From Azolla caroliniana (Eukaryota; Plantae; Polypodiophyta), in assembly GCA_043228905.1 (NCBI GenBank), contig JBHGNT010000001.1:23436001-23500000 (forward strand): a stretch of DNA of 64,000 bases. The letters are read 5' to 3'. Within the stretch, counting starts at the first letter, position 1. Each line of letters starts with the position of its first letter. The notes below the pieces were generated by a model, which saw only the letters and a list, made by a program, of their open reading frames with translations, made no database searches and was not told the origin of the DNA. A program made the position numbers and the translations under genes. Below are positions 12,280 through 24,963 of the stretch, one piece after another.

Positions 12280-15200
12280 CAATGAAAAGGAGGGGTGAAT
12301 GGGCACTTTGAAAAGCCAAGTAGTGGGCTATTTATAGCACATTAAAACGCCGCCACGTGGCACATCATTGCCATTATAGTACACGACATTCGCTGCGCAA
12401 GAATCGAGAAAGGCGCGAACATGTAGAAGGAAAACCTACACCGCATGGAGGCCTTCTCATTTCGTGAACAGAGAATCACAAACGCACACAACCGATTGAA
12501 GATAATTAGACACGAACACCCAGAGCCCCCTAATGCACCTACCTCACCAGCAACCACCGACTCAGAAGGAGAAATGGACTGCATGACGCTCTCAGAGATA
12601 GCCAAGAAGTGGTTAAAGCAACACGGGTTGGAAGGATTCTTGAGGATCATGGAGGCACCACCACACAAAGAGGCGGAAAGGGTTGTCAAAGCCATCGACA
12701 CAGAAGTAATCACAGAGGAGGCCATCCGTGCCCTGACGGGCCTACCCGAGGGCGGCATCTTCACCGTCGACAACCCTACCCCAGAGCAGCTCACGAAATA
12801 CTTCGGTGAGTATTCTCTGGCCAGCAAGGCATATCGCACATAGGGCGGCGAGGATGGCTTATTTCGAGAGATTGCCTGTGTACTGCACGAGTATGGCCAT
12901 GTGTACCCTTGACCCCCGGCAATGCCTAGGAACAGAACCGGGTGAATTATCGCCACATATGAAGGCATACAGGTGGACTAGTCGGTGTTGATCGCCGACG
13001 GACTGCGCGCGACCATCGACTCGGTAAGAGGGAAGGATGGAACGAAAATATGGTCGGCGATGGCGCAATGGCTCACACTGTTAGCACCACCAGTGGAGCG
13101 CAACACGGCAAAGAAGCGGGGAAGAATAACCGAAGGGACCACCAAACCGGCTTCGAAACGGCAAAAACTATAGGCTGCTAAGGCAAGTAAGGGGAAAGAG
13201 GCCGAGACTGAGAAAATGGCGAACCAGCGGCCTAGCCAGGCGAAGAGCAGGAGGCAACACCGGCACGGCCAATAAAAATTACATTTCGCCAACCGGGTCA
13301 ACAGGAGCCAGATCCCTTGGCCATGAAAATGAATCTGGGGACTCAGGAGGAGGAAACGGCGGAGGAGCCCAGCAAGCACTTGTAGCGGCGCCAGAAGAAG
13401 AGCACTATCGACCATGCCGGCAAGCAATCGGGTCTAGAAAAGGATAGGACGCCGATGCCCCGCACTGAGGGCCCAGAGCCAAGGGTGGAAGCAGAACCGG
13501 TTCAAGGAGAACCGGTGATAGAGGTCCCTGCGCCACAGTCTCCGCCAGTAGGTCAGAACATGACAAGACCTGTGATTCAGGAGCCGGTGATTCAGTTGCC
13601 TACCTCACCGACACAGCAGGACCAACTAGAGCTAGCATGGCCGACTCAGGCACAACCAGAGCCGGTACTGCCATGTGGTACCTAGCCAGAGCCAGAGCTG
13701 GCAATTAGACGAGATCGGACACTGGCAAGTGCAGAAATCGGCCAACCCTCCGCACTGACACATCCACAAGGCACCAGCAGCCAATGGCTGCGGTGGATCG
13801 GTGAGCAAATAGCCGGAGTGGTCCATTATATGGAGGCAAAGGAGAAAGCACAAGTGGACCGGTTGCTAGCCACAACCGGAGAACTAGAGAAGGCCCGGTC
13901 AAGGATCTAGAACTTGGAACGAGAAGTAGAAATAGCCAAGGAAGAATTGGCTAAGAAGGTCATCACAGGACCCCAAGAGCAGGAACCGGTGGCTCCGGTA
14001 CATGTATAGAATAATAAACACCGGAAACTGTACATAATAATACGACCCCGGTGCCGGGAACAATCCAAAATATAAGTACAATGCAAGGGCAAGAGCTTGC
14101 CATTCTCAAAGAAGACCTGACCGCACAGGAAGCATTACGGGCCAGGGAAAGAGAATTACGAATGGCGGCGGAGGAGGAACAACGGAAGATTGCTGACAAT
14201 CTCCGACAAGCAAAAGATAGTCTGCGGAAGGAACACCAAGCCTATGACCGGCTTAAGGAAGAGAAGGAGAAAGTGCTGCAAGAGAAGGATAAACTCCGAA
14301 GAATGGCGGAAATGGAGATCGAGAGACTCAAAGAAGAGCTTCGGCAGCAAAAAGATAGGGAAGACCGAGCTCGCCGCCAGATCAATGAGAAGCTGAAGTA
14401 GAAATCAGAAGAGTTTGACCGCCTGCACCAGGATTATAAACATGTTGAGTCGGAATACAAGAAGCTTATCACCGATAGTGACCGACAACAGGAAAAGATG
14501 TTCGAGCTCCGGAATGAAGTGCAAGGAGCAGAGACGGCACTAACAGAAGAATGGGCTGAGAAGGAAACCATCCAAGCTGAAGCGGTGAAGGAACACATGG
14601 AACTCCAGATGCAACATCAGGGGGAAATAGAACGCGTTACCATGGTCTTACAAAGAGTGTAGACAACGTATTAGAATCAATTGGTGCGCTACAAGGACCA
14701 GGAAATGGTAACGGCGAACCTGATTAAACAGTTGAAAGATGACTGACAGGCCGCTGAAGATAAATCAAAGATGGGGCTGGAGCGGATCCGGTGCATTGTA
14801 CATGCATGGAATAATCAAACGAAGCGGTTGATTGGAGACAACTCAGTAGTATGGTGGTCAAAATGGGTGAAGCACGCTGCCGAGTTACAATTGCTGAGGG
14901 TGGACGCGGAAAACCGGCAGAAAGAAGGCGATGAGTTCTATAAACTGGAAAAGGAAGACTTTGCTGCTGTGAAAGACGAATTGGTGGAGAACTTCGTAGC
15001 CTTGGTTGATGAATAGATAACGGTGGTCCGGCAACTAGTGGCACAATTGGACGATGATCGGCTGGATAACCAAATTCAGTTTGAAAGTTACGAAAAGGAG
15101 AGGCTACGGCAAGAGGCGACGAAGAGCACGACAACAATCAATCTCAGTGATGAAGAGCCATCGTCGGACCAAGGGACGGACAGAGCCAAGGCTGGGACAA

Positions 15201-15500
15201 GCCAACCGGATGTAACATAGGAGGAGTAGCCAAGGGAGGAGGCGCCACAACAACCACCAGCACAACCATTGGAGGAGCAACGCCCAGAAGAGCCGGAGAC
15301 CACGCAACAGCAGGAACCACAACAACAACCAACAGAGCGGCAGCCGGAGAAACTTTCACAACCAACGGAGCAGCCACAGGAGGAGTAGCAACCAGAGCAG
15401 TAGCAACAACAGGAGCAGTAACACCAGTCCAATCAGCCTTCCAAAGAACCCTTAGAGCCCCTCGATCAGAGCATTCTGGACATTTTAGACGAGGATTGAA
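12280..15500 (+). pseudogene. Element B ORF3 (coiled-coil protein), fragmented
   Basis: ORFs 12445, 12985, 14051, 14771 and 15023 align to the 998-aa ORF3 of D. Confidence 0.9.
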
Positions 15501-15510
15501 GACCGGATAA

Positions 15511-15550
15511 TGGGATTCAACGTACAAGGTACTGTCCCACGGGCGTGCCA
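15511..15550 (-). promoter_or_regulatory. Inverted bipartite tRNA-Arg PBS at the PPT position of B
   Basis: Minus strand TGGCACGCCCGTGGGAC-agtaccttgtacg-TTGAATCCCA, 2 nt from the 3' LTR. Confidence 0.75.
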
Positions 15551-15552
15551 TG

Positions 15553-16016
15553 TATTAGCCAGCCGGCAAGGAGTGAAGGATACTCCAGAATATGGAAGGG
15601 CAGAAATAATCGAAGGCTAAACTATTAGGATATTAAGTAATTAAGTAGATTTTAGAGAAGTGAACGGACGAACCGGAATTGGTATGCCGATTCGGATCCG
15701 GACCGGTTCATATTAGTGTGCTGGTTGGCACCATTTTGTAGGCAGAGCCGGTGATCTATAAAAAGGCCTGGTTACATTGTAAATGATGACGGAGAATTAA
15801 TAAAGCTCTAATTCCTTATCTCTGTGCATTGATTACCGTTCTGTGCTAATTACTTTCTATCTTACGCGTGTATTAAGATTAGGGTTCTGTTGTTTAAGTA
15901 ACTGATTAAGGTCGGATTAATTGTCGGTCTAACTCTGTTCCACCGTAACACCCTTTGGCGAAGTGTCTTCTGTAGACACCCTGTGTTAGGCTATTGTCCG
16001 GCCCTATGGAGTAACA
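15553..16016 (+). repeat. 3' LTR of B
   Basis: Matches 5324-5785; terminal TG mutated to TA. Confidence 0.93.
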
Positions 16017-16021
16017 CATAC

Positions 16022-17175
16022 CGAGAATCGGTAGGCAGTCCGTCTCGATTATTACCTCCGTCCCTATAAGATAATCTTTGTTGGCCTTAACTGCCGAAAC
16101 GATACCCCATAGTTCGCGCTTAACTTGGGCATATCTTCGCTGTCGCTCACTGAGAACCTTCGTCCCGAACCAGATCGGGAACCGCGCGCCGGTCTCGTCC
16201 TCCTGATTGATCACCCATCCGATCCCGGTCGGGCTTGTGTCAACAATTACGAAGATGGGGATCTCCTTGCCATAAACTGCTTTCCTGAAGGCCGGTGCTG
16301 CAGTAAGCACCTCCTTCAGTCTCCAGACCGACTCCGTATGCTCCTTGCCCCCACAGGTGACCGACCACTAGGATCTCCGATTGGCCGAACGCCGATTTCT
16401 CCCCGGAGAAGGTGAGCCGTGCGTCCTCCAGCCTTTGTAGCACCTTCTCGCAGTCATTAATGTGGTCCGCAACAAATCTTCGGCATCCGTCCAGCCCAAC
16501 CGCCTCGTCCTTATCCTCCATCGGACATCCTTTGAATGGGATGTCGTCTAGGAATGACATGGTGATGTCCGGGATGCAGTCCCTCAGCACCTTGTTCATC
16601 GCATTCACCATGTGCGCCACCAAGTTTGTCCCTCCTTGTGGCAGGGTACGCATCCACACTAAGCCGGGAGGGGTCCGCATCGTCATGATATCCCTGCTCT
16701 CCACGGCTAGTTGGAACTGATCGTACCCCGAGTACAAATCACTGACTGAATAGATTGACCTTTCGGCGAAGGCTTTCGCGAACTCGTCTATCGTCGATCT
16801 GATACTTGCATTACGAATGGTCACCCTATTGACCGGTTGCAGGTCCTGAATGAAGCGCAACGTGCCGTTCTTCTTTGGCACGGTAAACCACCGATTCGAA
16901 TATGGGGCGTTCAACGGTTTGAGAATGCCCATCTCCACCTTCTGCTTCAGTAGTTCCATCAACTTTAGGATGTGAGCTTTGGGTACCGGAATCAGCTTGA
17001 GATTCCACAGCACATGCGGCATCGTGAATATCACCATCGGCTCCACGATCGTCGGGTCTACGCACCCGATCTCCTCCGGCGAGAATGCAAAGGCTCTCCC
17101 ATGCCATCCGAGCATTCTCTGAAACCGGTTCTCCTCCGCCGGCAGTAGAAACCCACCCCCACCGACCTTGAGCTC
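16022..17175 (-). pseudogene. pol: Element A RT and RNase H (with internal deletion)
   Basis: WFTVPKKNGTLRFIQDLQPVN, DLYSGYDQF, FLDD, VDTSPTGIGW. Confidence 0.92.
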
Positions 17176-17487
17176 TCGTGTTCCCTTGTGTTCCGGGCCC
17201 TTGTTGTTGCATCGCTACGATGGTGGCTTCGAGTTGTTGCACGCGTAACGCAAGTTCCCCATGCTGTTGTTGCGTTTGCCGCTTTTCTAAGGAGATTTGC
17301 TGAAGATCCCCCAGCAACCGTTGGTTTTCTTGTTCTGAAGCATGGAACTTCTCCTTCAAGCATTGAAATTCCGAGAAAACATATTGATATTCTTCAATGC
17401 TAACAGTGGCCATGGGATGAAAGAAAAGAGGAATAAAAGATTAGTAGGAAATGAGAGAGACAGAAGGTAGGGAAAATTGGTTCAAAC
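17176..17487 (-). repeat. Duplicate of the C leader and gag N-terminus beyond the 3' LTR
   Basis: Near-identical to ~22407-22713 (MATVSIEEYQYVFSEF...). Confidence 0.93.
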
Positions 17488-17927
17488 TGTCATGAACAGT
17501 ACTGAGACAGAGAAGGAATTAGTACTAAACGAAGGATTAGTACTATGAGAGGTGTGGAACTTCTTCGAGAGAAGGAAGAAGTGAGCGAGACAGAGAGAAA
17601 GAGAGAGATCGAGAGAGAGAGAGTGTGTGTGATGATAAGAAAGATATGTATTATATGAAGAGAATATACAATGGTGGCTAAAAGGCTTAAGAGTGGCGTT
17701 GAACCAATTTGGTTCAACATAATGCCTAGTGCCCTCTTTTATAGTGTTTTCAGGAGTAATCCTGAAGCTTCTAGAATGTTCTAGAGAAATCTGGAATATA
17801 CACTAATTTCCTATAATAAAATGTAAATGAAAATAATATTCTACGTATTACAATAGATGGTCTAATGGTCAAGAGCTCGACCCATATAACCTAAGGTCAT
17901 GGGTTCGAGTCTTGCCATATCATGACA
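17488..17927 (-). repeat. 3' LTR of C
   Basis: TGTCATGA...TCATGACA inverted termini; near-identical to 22714-23156. Confidence 0.95.
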
Positions 17928-17944
17928 CTATCCCCCCTTTAAAA

Positions 17945-20900
17945 CAACGAGTGTCACGAGTCGTCTTGGATTGAGGACCCGGTTTGTGTGGATATTGACG
18001 ATGGAAGTCTTCAAGAAGAGCACGAGCATTGGTTACATTCTCGATCGGTTCTCAAGTATGTTCGCTGGGGCTATAGCCTAGCCAATCGACTAGATAGTAG
18101 AGCTTGTTGCGAACAATCTTGGAATCAAGGATGACGACAACCTCGTACTCCGGCCCATCTTCAAGCTCGATCGGGGGTGGAGGTTGGATAAGACGTCTTG
18201 GGATGGTGCTCTCGTGGTAGGGTTTGAGGAGAGAACTATGAAACACCGGATGTATCCGAAGTTGAGGAGGTAGATCGAGACGAAAAGTGACATCATTAAT
18301 CTTTCCAATAATACGGAAAGGACCTAATCGCCGATAATCCAATTTCTCACATGGGCGAGTAGTCTTGAGGTGTCGTCGTAGCAGCCACACCCGATCTCCA
18401 ATATTAAAACTGGATGGAAGTCGATGACGATCCGCGTAGACCTTGTGTGTTTGTTGAGCTTGCTGGAGATGAGTAGATAAATCCGCTTGTATCTTGCGTA
18501 ACCGCTCCAAACGATCCTCCGCGCACGGATTTGTGGACACCTCTGGGGTTTCAAGTACACTCCACCGGGGGTGACATCCCCTATAAGCATAAAATGGCGT
18601 AATTTTAGTGGATGCGTGGATAGAGTTGTTATAGGCAAATTCGGCGAAGTGGAGAATATCTGCCCAGTCGTCCTGATGATAGCTGAGAAAGCACCGCAGA
18701 TACTGCTCCAGCGTTTGATTTGTTCGTTCAGCTTGGCCGTCGGTTTGTGGGTGATAGCCGGATGAGAGGTTACAAGTGACCTTGAGCATGTTAAAAAGGT
18801 GCTTCCAGAATTTTGACACGAACTGGGGTCCACGGTCGCTGATGATACTATCGGGAAGTCCATGATGCCGACATACTTCACGCATGACAATTTTGGCAGT
18901 GTCTTCACTGGAGATCTCCTTAGTACATGGCAAGAAATGAGCCATCTTCGTATATTGATCGACCACCGTTAGAATCGCATTGAACCCCTTAGAGACTGGA
19001 AGATCTGTGATGAAGTCTAGAGCAATGGATTGCCATGGCTTGCTTGGAATTGGTAATGGTTCTAATAAACCATATGGATGATGCCTTGGCATTTTCTCTC
19101 TGCAACATGTATCACAAGTCTGAACAAAATCCTCGACAAATTGTCGCATACAGGGCCACCAGAATGATCGTTGTACTAAATGTAATGTTTTAGTACTACC
19201 AAAATGCCCAGCTGTATATGTGTCATGACAGTTTTGTACTACTCAAAGGCGGCAAGAACCATTAGGAACATACAAAAGTTCTTTAAAGAAGAGTAATCCA
19301 TCATGGTATTTGAATTGCCGATAGTCCGTACCTGGTGGTTGCAACTGTGAACACGACGCTCGAGAGGGATCAATTTGTGCTAGTATAGCTTGGGCAAACG
19401 CATCTGTCTTCAAGTCTTCACGTATGGTATCGATAACGCGGGAATCCATAGGCATGTATAAGATCTGTGTTGCTTGTAGTCGTGCCGGTCCCAAGATGAC
19501 TTGTTTTTGGTTATCGAAAGCTAGCTCGCCGGGACGGGGTGCTAGATACGAACGCCGTGATAATGCATCTGCCTTCCCTTGGTGCCTCCCCGGACGATAT
19601 GTAATTTTGAAGTCGAAACGTGTGAGGAAGTGGGCCCACCGAGCTTGACGTCAATTCAACACATGAGCATCCTGAAAGTAGGCAAGATTCTTGTGGTCAC
19701 TAAATACGGTGACTGGATGAGAGGATCCCTTCAGAAAATGCCTCCATTGCATAAAAGAATCCACTATTGCCAATTGCTCCTTATCATGAATTTCGTAGTT
19801 GATTTCGGCGGCATCAAACTTGCGTGAGTGAAAAGCCACAGGATGTAGCTTCTCATCCTTCCCCTGTTGTGATAGAATGCTCCCCAATGCAAAATCCGAT
19901 GCATCAGCTTCGATAATGAATGGTTTTTCCGGATCGACATGAGCTAGAATTGGAGCCGATGTAAATGCCTTTTTAAGACTCTCGAAAGCCATGTCCGTTT
20001 CTTCAGACCAGATGAACGGTTGTCCCTTCCTGGTAAGTTGTGTGAGAGGTAGAACGATCTTTGAGTAATCTTGTATGAACTTCCGGTAAAAATTGGCAAA
20101 GCCTAAGAAGCATTGCACATCCCGTACTGAACGCGGAGTCTGCCATTCTACCACCGTTTTGACCTTAGCTGGGTCCATGGAGATGCCTTCTGACGAAATG
20201 ATACTTGGTTGCACCCGAAACTACATTTTTCCAGCTTTGCATACAGACCATGTTCTCGAAGTCGTTTTAGTACTAATAGTACATGAGAATCATGTTCTTC
20301 TTGGGTCTGTGAATAAACCAGTAGATCATCCAAATAGATGATCAAACAATCATCCAATAGATATCGGAATATATCATTAGCCATGTGCTGGAAGACTGCC
20401 AGCGCATTAGTGAGGCTGAACGGCATGACAGTATACTCGAAGTGCCCATGTCTGGTGCGAAATGCGGTCTTCCATTCGTCTCCTGGTCGGATCCGTACGA
20501 GGTTATATGCTCCCCGTAAGTCGATCTTCGTGAAGAACCTGGCACCATTGATCCATTCTAAAAGACTTGAGATAAGGGGAAGAGCATACCTATTCTTGAT
20601 TGTAACCTTATTCAAGCCACGGTAATCTACAACGAGACGAAGAGATCCATCTTTTTTCTTGACGAAGAAAATGGGCACGCCGGCTGGAGATTTTGAATGC
20701 CGAATGAAACCATTTTCCAAATTCTCCTCTATATAGGCCCAAAGGACTTCCAGCTCGGTTGGTGACAAATTGTAGATCGGTCCCCATGGCAACTCTTTTC
20801 CCAGCTGTAAATCGATGGGGCAATCGTACGGTCGATGATGAGGAAGTGTGTTGGCTTGTACTTTATCGAACACATCGGCGTAATGACGATACTTCTCGGG

Positions 20901-21487
20901 AAGTTGAATGGTGGATTCTTCTTTAGTGGTGCTGGAGGGGTTTACCGATATTGCAAAGAGGAACATTTCCTCCTTGTGCCCTTCTTTACGCAACTGACGT
21001 AGCGAAATGGTTGCCATCTTCTGAGTTGACCCTTGGGTTTGTCGACACCGGATTTCTCTTGTTCTCCAATCTATGTCTGGGTTATGTACCTCGAACCACG
21101 GTAGTCCTAAAACTATAGGATGTTCTGGGATACTAATAATATTAAATGATACTACACATGCTAAGTTATCTAGGACAATATTAATGAGCTCTGACTCTTC
21201 TATGATATTTCCGGAAGCAATGGGACATCCATCAATGACTACTACAGAGGCTAGACACTGGAGTTTTCTTAGGGATATCTTATGAGCTTGAGCAAATTTC
21301 TTATCCATAAAGCAAGAGTTAGCTCCAGAATCTAGGAGTGCTAGGACATGTACTGGAGGGGTACTTTTAGTACTAACTATTACTTGGGCTACGAACACAT
21401 CACTAACTTGCTTAGAGGGAATGGAACCACTAATGGGCTGCACAGATCTAGGGCTGTCCAACCAAACGGCTCCTATTTTGGCTGGAC
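17945..21487 (-). pseudogene. pol: Element C pol (PR-RT-RH-INT-chromodomain), disrupted
   Basis: ORFs 20148..21461, 19651..20214, 19243..19494, 18052..19149; chromodomain PEYEVVVILDSK...YYLVDWLGY. Confidence 0.95.
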
Positions 21488-22639
21488 TTAGTCGTTTAAC
21501 TCTTCTTCTAACTGACTAAGGACATCAAATTTGTTTGCTAGATCTGGGATATTAGTACTATTAGGACTATCAGATATCCCTACTGAAATAGGCTCGGATT
21601 TAGTACAATTAGAACTAGCGACTATTTGGTTTACCTGTCTTCTTGGCCTATGGGGGAAATTTATTGCGATATGTCCTGGTCCACCGCAGTAAAGACATAG
21701 TCGATTTGTATGACGTCGCTGCTTTTCTTCTTCGGATAATGGCCCTCGACGACGTGTAGTGTCAATCTCCATCGGAGTCGGAGTATTCACTGGAGGCGCA
21801 TTATATGACTCCCTCGGAAAAGGTCTTGCTACCACTGAGGCATAGGTGGGCTCTGATCTTGCCCTCGGCATCTGTAGCTATCGTTCTGAACGTCGCTCAA
21901 AGAGGCGGTTGTCACATCTCACCGCGCGGCTGATTGCTTCTATTAAGGACTTTGGCTCTTCGGGGAAGGTCAAGAGTAAATCCTTGACATCGTTGCGTAA
22001 ACCATAACGGAATTGCTCCATCAACGCTTGATCATCCCAAGGGATATCGGCGGCAAGTAGGCGAAAATCTGCAGCGTATGCGGAGGTTGGACGGTCACCT
22101 TGGCGTAATCGCCAGATTTTGTTGATTGTGGTCCTGATGCTGTCAGTATCTCCGAAACATGCTTTAAACTCACCTAGAAACTCTTCAAAATTGTTGAGTA
22201 ACGGAGATTCCTTTTCTAATAGTGGAGCGAACCATGACAACGCTGAGCCACTTAACAAAGTGCCTACTAAACCCACTCGTGATGCATTGGTGGGATATCA
22301 GGAAGGATGCATTTGAATAACTAATCGTACCTGGTTAAGGAACCCTCTAAACTGCGATTGCGTTCCATCGAACTTCGTGGGAAGGCCAATCTTAGGTTCT
22401 TTATGAATCCCTTGTGTTCCGGGCCCTTGTTGTTGCATCGCTACGATGGTGGCTTTGAGTTGTTGCACGCGTAACGCAAGTTCCCCATGCTGTTGTTGCG
22501 TTTGCCGCTTTTCTAAGGAGATTTGCTGAAGATCCCCCAGCAACCGTTGGTTTTCTTGTTCCAAAGCATGGAACTTCTCCTTCAAGCATTGAAATTCCGA
22601 GAAAACATATTGATATTCTTCAATGCTAACAGTGGCCAT
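21488..22639 (-). pseudogene. gag: Element C gag, broken by stops and frameshifts
   Basis: PKIGLPTKFDG, PTPMEID, LCLYCGGPGHIA; ends in G TTA AAC before the stop, with pol in the -1 frame. Confidence 0.92.
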
Positions 22640-22700
22640 GGGATGAAAGAAAAGAGGAATAAAAGATTAGTAGGAAATGAGAGAGACAGAAGGTAGGGAA

Positions 22701-22711
22701 AATTGGTTCAA
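22701..22711 (-). promoter_or_regulatory. Self-priming PBS of C
   Basis: TTGAACCAATT follows the 5' LTR (no TGG); it is complementary to AATTGGTTCAA in the LTR ~35 nt after the TATA. Confidence 0.75.
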
Positions 22712-22713
22712 AC

Positions 22714-23156
22714 TGTCATGAACAGTACTGAGACAGAGAAGGAATTAGTACTAAACGAAGGATTAGTACTATGAGAGGTGTGGAACTTCTTCGAGAGAAG
22801 GAAGAAGTGAGCGAGACAGAGAGAAAGAGAGAGATCGAGAGAGAGAGAGTGTGTGTGATGATAAGAAAGATATGTATTATATGAAGAGAATATACAATGG
22901 TGGCTAAAAGGCTTAAGAGTGGCGTTGAACCAATTTGGTTCAACATAATGCCTAGTGCCCTCTTTTATAGTGTTTTCAGGAGTAATCCTGAAGCTTCTAG
23001 AATGTTCCAGAGAAATCTGGAATATACACTAATTTCCTATAATAAAATGTGAATGAAAATAATAATATCCTACGTATTACAATAGATGGTCTAATGGTCA
23101 AGAGCTCGACCCATGTAACCTAAGGTCATGGGTTCGAGTCTTGCCATATCATGACA
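22714..23156 (-). repeat. 5' LTR of C
   Basis: Matches 17488-17927; TATAAAA on minus near 22965. Confidence 0.95.
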
Positions 23157-24923
23157 ACCGTGGTCTATCAATGCCACCACCGGCTCCTGCACGTCCCCAA
23201 CCCGGACAGGGGTTTTCGTAGTGGCTCTGGCCCAATGCGGCTTCGCGTAGTAGTTGTCCGCCAATTCATCCTCTAGGGCCGTGTTTTCTAGGTGCGTCGT
23301 CCACACCTCCACGGGCTTCTCTGGCTCCGGTTCCGTCGAGAGCCGCTTTCGCTTCACCAAGTCCACAATGGAGTCGTGGAACTCCTTCTTGGCGATTCTG
23401 AGCACCTCCCTCAGCGACAACCTCACCTTGCTGTCGAGAATCCGCTCCTCGAGGACCTTCAGTAGGTCCGTTGACCTCTCAATCTCCGTGCTCAGTCGGT
23501 AACCGGCCCGTTTCATTTTATCCAGCACCCCGGTGTTGCCGGCATCGTTCTGTTTTAGTCCAAACCGGGTCTCGTACCATTGTGAGGGACCGGCCCCTCC
23601 AGCCCTTCCCGCGCGCTTGTCCTCTACCAGAACCTCGTAGTTCTGGCATGCGGCTTCCACAAAGCCAATCTTTTTTTCAACCGGATCGTTCCATCCGGTG
23701 ACCTCCCGGATCCGCTGTTCCGCTCGGTCCGCCTCCTCCTTCTTTAGCCTTACCCTAGAGAGGCATTCCAGCACCAACGGCCAGAATCCGGAGTCTTTCG
23801 CCTTCCGGCCCTCGTCGCCCCCGACCCGGATACCTGTCGACGCGGAGTAGTGGACGGCCTCTGCATGTCGCGCCGCGGCTTCTTCCATCAAACGCTTCAT
23901 CCCGCCTCGTCCCGTGTTCAACTCTAGGGCTTTCCGCGTGTCACCGGCATGCACCTGCCCATTCTAGAGGTACACCACGTTGGCCCGGAGTGCCTCTGCG
24001 AAATCCGCGCATTCTTTCCGGATGTGACCGACAACGTCACACCACATGCATTGCTGCCCCATAAGCGGCCTCTGGCCATGAGGTTGACCGTTGTTGTCCC
24101 TCCGTGCTTATGCGATTTGGAGGTCGGGCACCCTTTGCGTTAGCTCTTCCAGAGCCGCTCCTCTGGAAGAGCCTTGTACCACTCCGCTCGAGCCAGGGCC
24201 CGTCTCGAGCCGATTCCGAGTCTCTTCCTTCCCAGCCGGCACCGATACCGGCTCCTCGAGCTTCCTTGCCGGGACCGGCCCCAACGTCGACGAGCCCTCA
24301 TCGCTCCACTCTTGCCGCTTGTCAAAGCGGGCGCAAACCCCTCTGACCACGGCCCAGTCGTCCGTGAGGCCTTCATCCGTCTCCAATAGGAGACCCACCT
24401 TCTCCCGATCTAGCGCGTGCACCAACTTAACGAACAGCAACACCCTGCTCGTGTTGAGCACGGTTCGATCTAACGCCGACAGCCGAGTGAACCGTTGTTC
24501 GAATTCCTGGAGGAACATCGATGTATCGGTGTTCCTCCCCTTCCCTGGGCTCTCAACCCACGCCATGAAGTCCCGCTTCGACAGTCGAAGCGAATCGTCG
24601 TACCCGTACTTCTCGAAGAGCCACCCCTCGAGCTCCACCCAAGCCTGGCATCCGGCCAGCACCTCGAGCACCTCTGTGTGTATGCTCGGCGTCACCACTC
24701 GAGGGAATCTGGACAGCCGCCTATTCTCCGGGATGTCCCTCATGATCATTTTGGCTTGATAGGCCTCCAAATAGCTCGTGGCATTTTTCCCACTGAATCG
24801 GGCTATGGTGCCGACAATCAATTCTATGGCCCTATCAAGGGCACCCGTTCCCTCACGAGCGCTCACTAGCCAGTCGACAGCTACTACCATGGGTTCAGCA
24901 AGCTCGGATCCCCTTATCTTCAA
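23157..24923 (-). pseudogene. gag: Element A gag-protease (cut by C at the protease motif)
   Basis: ORFs 24108..24923 and 23091..23954; homologous to E' and F gag; VVALIDHG. Confidence 0.9.
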
Positions 24924-24940
24924 CTCCTTTGCTGCCTTCT

Positions 24941-24958
24941 TTCACGTCGGGTTCACCA
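24941..24958 (-). promoter_or_regulatory. tRNA-Trp PBS of A
   Basis: TGGTGAACCCGACGTGAA is complementary to the plant tRNA-Trp 3' end as recalled (UUCACGUCGGGUUCACCA). Confidence 0.85.
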
Positions 24959-24963
24959 AATGA

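Larger units (their letters stand above)
5324..16016 (+). mobile_element. Element B: Athila-like Ty3/gypsy with extra 3' ORF, decayed
   Basis: LTRs 5324-5785 and 15553-16016; TSD CATAT/CATAC; gag-PR-RT-RH-INT-ORF3 fragments homologous to D. Confidence 0.93.
17176..23156 (-). mobile_element. Element C: chromovirus (Tcn1/Tf1-like Ty3/gypsy) with an extra PBS-gag remnant
   Basis: LTRs 22714-23156 and 17488-17927; PPT AAAGGGGGGATAG; gag CCHC, PR LLDSGA, RT YLDD, integrase plus chromodomain. Confidence 0.93.

Noticed and set aside
16826-17413. Novel 195-aa fusion protein
   Set aside because: Truncated C gag running out of frame into A pol at a deletion junction.
17853-17920. Functional tRNA genes in LTRs
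   Set aside because: Only A/B boxes are evident; I could not form convincing acceptor and anticodon stems, so they are reported as tRNA-like cassettes.
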